The notes under the pieces: model-generated | What the model saw: the letters and a program-made list of their open reading frames with translations, nothing else | Told to the model about the DNA's origin: nothing | Database searches by the model: none | Position numbers and translations under genes: made by a program | In this document: positions 57,735-59,446 of the stretch, piece by piece | How positions within the stretch are numbered: the stretch's first letter is position 1 | Layout: every line of letters starts with the position of its first letter | Source: Alphaproteobacteria bacterium | Lineage (GTDB): Bacteria > Pseudomonadota > Alphaproteobacteria > Bin95 | DNA: 59,446 nucleotides | Direction: 5' to 3' | Assembly (NCBI GenBank): GCA_022826185.1 | Contig: JAJDVH010000056.1 | Coordinates: 1-59,446 of the forward strand

Positions 57735-58795
57735 CGCCTGCGAAGCAAACGGGCATCTGGCTCGCCGTCGCGCTGGCGGCGGTGCTCTTCCTCGCGCTCT
57801 TCCAGGACATATTGCTGCCCTTCGTGGCCGGCATCGCCATCGCCTATTTCCTCGACCCGCTGGTGGACCGGCTGGAGCGCCGCGGCGTCGGACGGACGGT
57901 CGGGGCGCTGCTCGTGCTCTCCGGATTCGCGGTGGCGAGCTTCGGTGTGCTGCTGTTGCTCGTACCGGTGGTGAACGCCCAGATCAGCGGCCTCGCCGCC
58001 GCCCTGCCGGGCTATATCGAGACCCTGGAGCAGGCCGTCTCGCGGGTTTCGGCGCGCTTGCAGTCGGAATTCTCGCCCGAGGACATGGAAGGCATCCGCC
58101 GGGCGCTGGCCGGCCATGTCGCAACCGCCGCCGGCTGGGCGGGCGAGATCGCCGGGCGCGTGCTGGGCAGCGGGCTGGCGCTCGTCAACCTGCTCGGCCT
58201 TGCGATCGTCACGCCCGTCGTCGCCTTCTACCTGTTGCGCGACTGGGACCGGATCGTCTCCGCCATGGACGGTCTGCTGCCGCGCCGGAGCGCGCCCGTC
58301 ATCCGCAAGCAGGCGGCGCTGATCGACGCCACGCTCGCCGGCTTCGTGCGCGGCCAGGCCACGGTCTGCATCCTGCTCGGCCTCGGCTACGGGTGCCTGC
58401 TGATGCTCGCCGGGCTGGATTTCGGTTTCATCGTCGGCATCTTCTCGGGCCTGGTTTCCTTCATCCCCTATGTCGGCAGCGTGCTGGGCGGGCTGATTTC
58501 CATCGGGCTGGCGCTCGACCAGTTCGACTCGCTCTGGCGGGTGGGGCTGGTGGCCGCGATCTTCGTCGCCGGGCAGGCCATCGAGGGCAACTACCTCACC
58601 CCGAAGCTGGTGGGCGACCGGGTCGGCCTGCATCCGGTCTGGGTGATCTTCGCGCTGTTTGCCGGCGGGTCGCTGCTGGGCTTCGTCGGCATGCTGGTCG
58701 CGCTGCCGGCGGCCGCGGCCATCGGGGTGCTGGCGCGCTTCGCCATCGAGCAATACCGGGAGAGCCGCCTTTATGGCTCCGACGACGCCTCGTAA
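57731..58795 (+). CDS. AI-2E family transporter (PerM-like permease)
   Basis: 354 aa polytopic membrane protein with typical AI-2E family sequence. The ATG at 57731 overlaps the upstream stop (ATGA). Confidence 0.85.
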   Translation: MTPAKQTGIWLAVALAAVLFLALFQDILLPFVAGIAIAYFLDPLVDRLERRGVGRTVGALLVLSGFAVASFGVLLLLVPVVNAQISGLAAALPGYIETLEQAVSRVSARLQSEFSPEDMEGIRRALAGHVATAAGWAGEIAGRVLGSGLALVNLLGLAIVTPVVAFYLLRDWDRIVSAMDGLLPRRSAPVIRKQAALIDATLAGFVRGQATVCILLGLGYGCLLMLAGLDFGFIVGIFSGLVSFIPYVGSVLGGLISIGLALDQFDSLWRVGLVAAIFVAGQAIEGNYLTPKLVGDRVGLHPVWVIFALFAGGSLLGFVGMLVALPAAAAIGVLARFAIEQYRESRLYGSDDAS

Positions 58796-59446
58796 CCGAC
58801 AACTCATACTGCATCTCGGCCACCGCGCGGCCATGGGCGCCGAGGACTTCCTGGTCGCCGACAGCAATGCCGAAGCGGTGTCGTGGATCGACCGCTGGCC
58901 CGACTGGCCGGCCCCGGCGCTGACGGTCTGGGGGCCGGCGGGGTCGGGCAAGACGCATCTCGCCCATGTCTGGCGCGCGAGGAGCGGCGCCGTGACGGTT
59001 CCGCCGGCGGCGCTGGCGGGGTCCAATCCGGTCAATCTGCTCGGCGGCCGCAGCCATCTCGTCATCGACGGCGCGGAGAGCGCGGTGGACGAACTTGCCC
59101 TGCTGCACCTCTACAACCTGCTGGCGGGGCAGGGCGGTTCGCTGCTGCTGACGGCGTCCGCGCCGCCCTCGCGCTGGGACCTCAGGACCGCGGACCTCGC
59201 CTCGCGCCTCGCCGCCGGCCCGGCCGTCGCCATCCGCGCGCCCGACGACCGCCTGCTCGAAGCCGTGCTCGCCAAGCAATTCGCCGACCGGCAGATCGAG
59301 ATCGGCCAGGAGGTGCTCGACCTGCTGCTCCGGCGCATCGAGCGCAGTTTCGCCGCGGCGCGTCGTGCGGTAGATATTCTGGACCGCGCCGCACTGGCGG
59401 GCCGGCGCCGCATCACGGCGGGCCTCGTGCGGGAACTGCTTGCCGA
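58773..59446 (+). CDS. hdaA: DnaA regulatory inactivator HdaA (partial, runs off window end)
   Basis: Manual translation gives [36 protein letters not shown]...VWGPAGSGKTHLAHVW...LLLTA. This is a Walker A motif in a DnaA domain III-like protein without the N-terminal DnaA domains. It follows perM as in other alphaproteobacteria. It is not in the track because no stop lies in the window. Confidence 0.8.
   Translation, partial: MAPTTPRNRQLILHLGHRAAMGAEDFLVADSNAEAVSWIDRWPDWPAPALTVWGPAGSGKTHLAHVWRARSGAVTVPPAALAGSNPVNLLGGRSHLVIDGAESAVDELALLHLYNLLAGQGGSLLLTASAPPSRWDLRTADLASRLAAGPAVAIRAPDDRLLEAVLAKQFADRQIEIGQEVLDLLLRRIERSFAAARRAVDILDRAALAGRRRITAGLVRELLA

Overview
High-G+C alphaproteobacterial chromosome segment. 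The assignment rests on CcrM, HdaA and the parC-recO-era-rnc-lepB-acpS-pdxJ...spoT-rpoZ synteny. I call about 75 protein genes. No rRNA gene, convincing tRNA gene, CRISPR array or intact transposase/integrase was seen. Most of the window is housekeeping or metabolic backbone: RNA processing, purNM, cbiD/cobK, a TRAP transporter, trxB and oxidoreductase/CoA-ligase operons. Many neighbouring genes share 1-4 nt ATGA/GTGA/TTGA start-stop overlaps, which I used to refine start codons relative to the ORF track. Many long ORFs in the track are antisense or off-frame artefacts of the high G+C content and are not reported.

The accessory or unusual content is:
1. Two paralogous ~300-bp non-coding elements (about 2027-2331 and 28734-29052). 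Each has a near-consensus sigma70-type promoter on the minus strand and CCUCC-rich motifs on the plus strand. Each is flanked by arrays of 10-bp-phased TGTCATG direct repeats with a Pho-box-like core.
2. A low-G+C three-gene islet (2620-3644) next to a frameshifted remnant of a large DNA methyltransferase.
3. A complete DUF2282 / DUF692 (MNIO) / DUF2063 / DoxX operon (42009-44558). This is a bufferin-type RiPP metallophore cluster, with an 11-bp-stem hairpin after the precursor gene.
4. A Fic (class II, auto-inhibited) plus DUF1640 islet, bounded by a duplicated copy of the 3' end of the neighbouring amidohydrolase gene.
5. Three type II toxin-antitoxin pairs: DUF433/DUF5615, Phd/VapC and RHH/RelE. 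The RHH/RelE pair sits between cbiD and cobK.
6. A translationally coupled MATE-SLOG(YpsA-like)-MFS triplet.
7. A 5'-truncated enolase-superfamily gene bordered by a perfect 27-bp inverted-repeat element.

All family assignments come from reading motifs by eye. None has been confirmed by a search.
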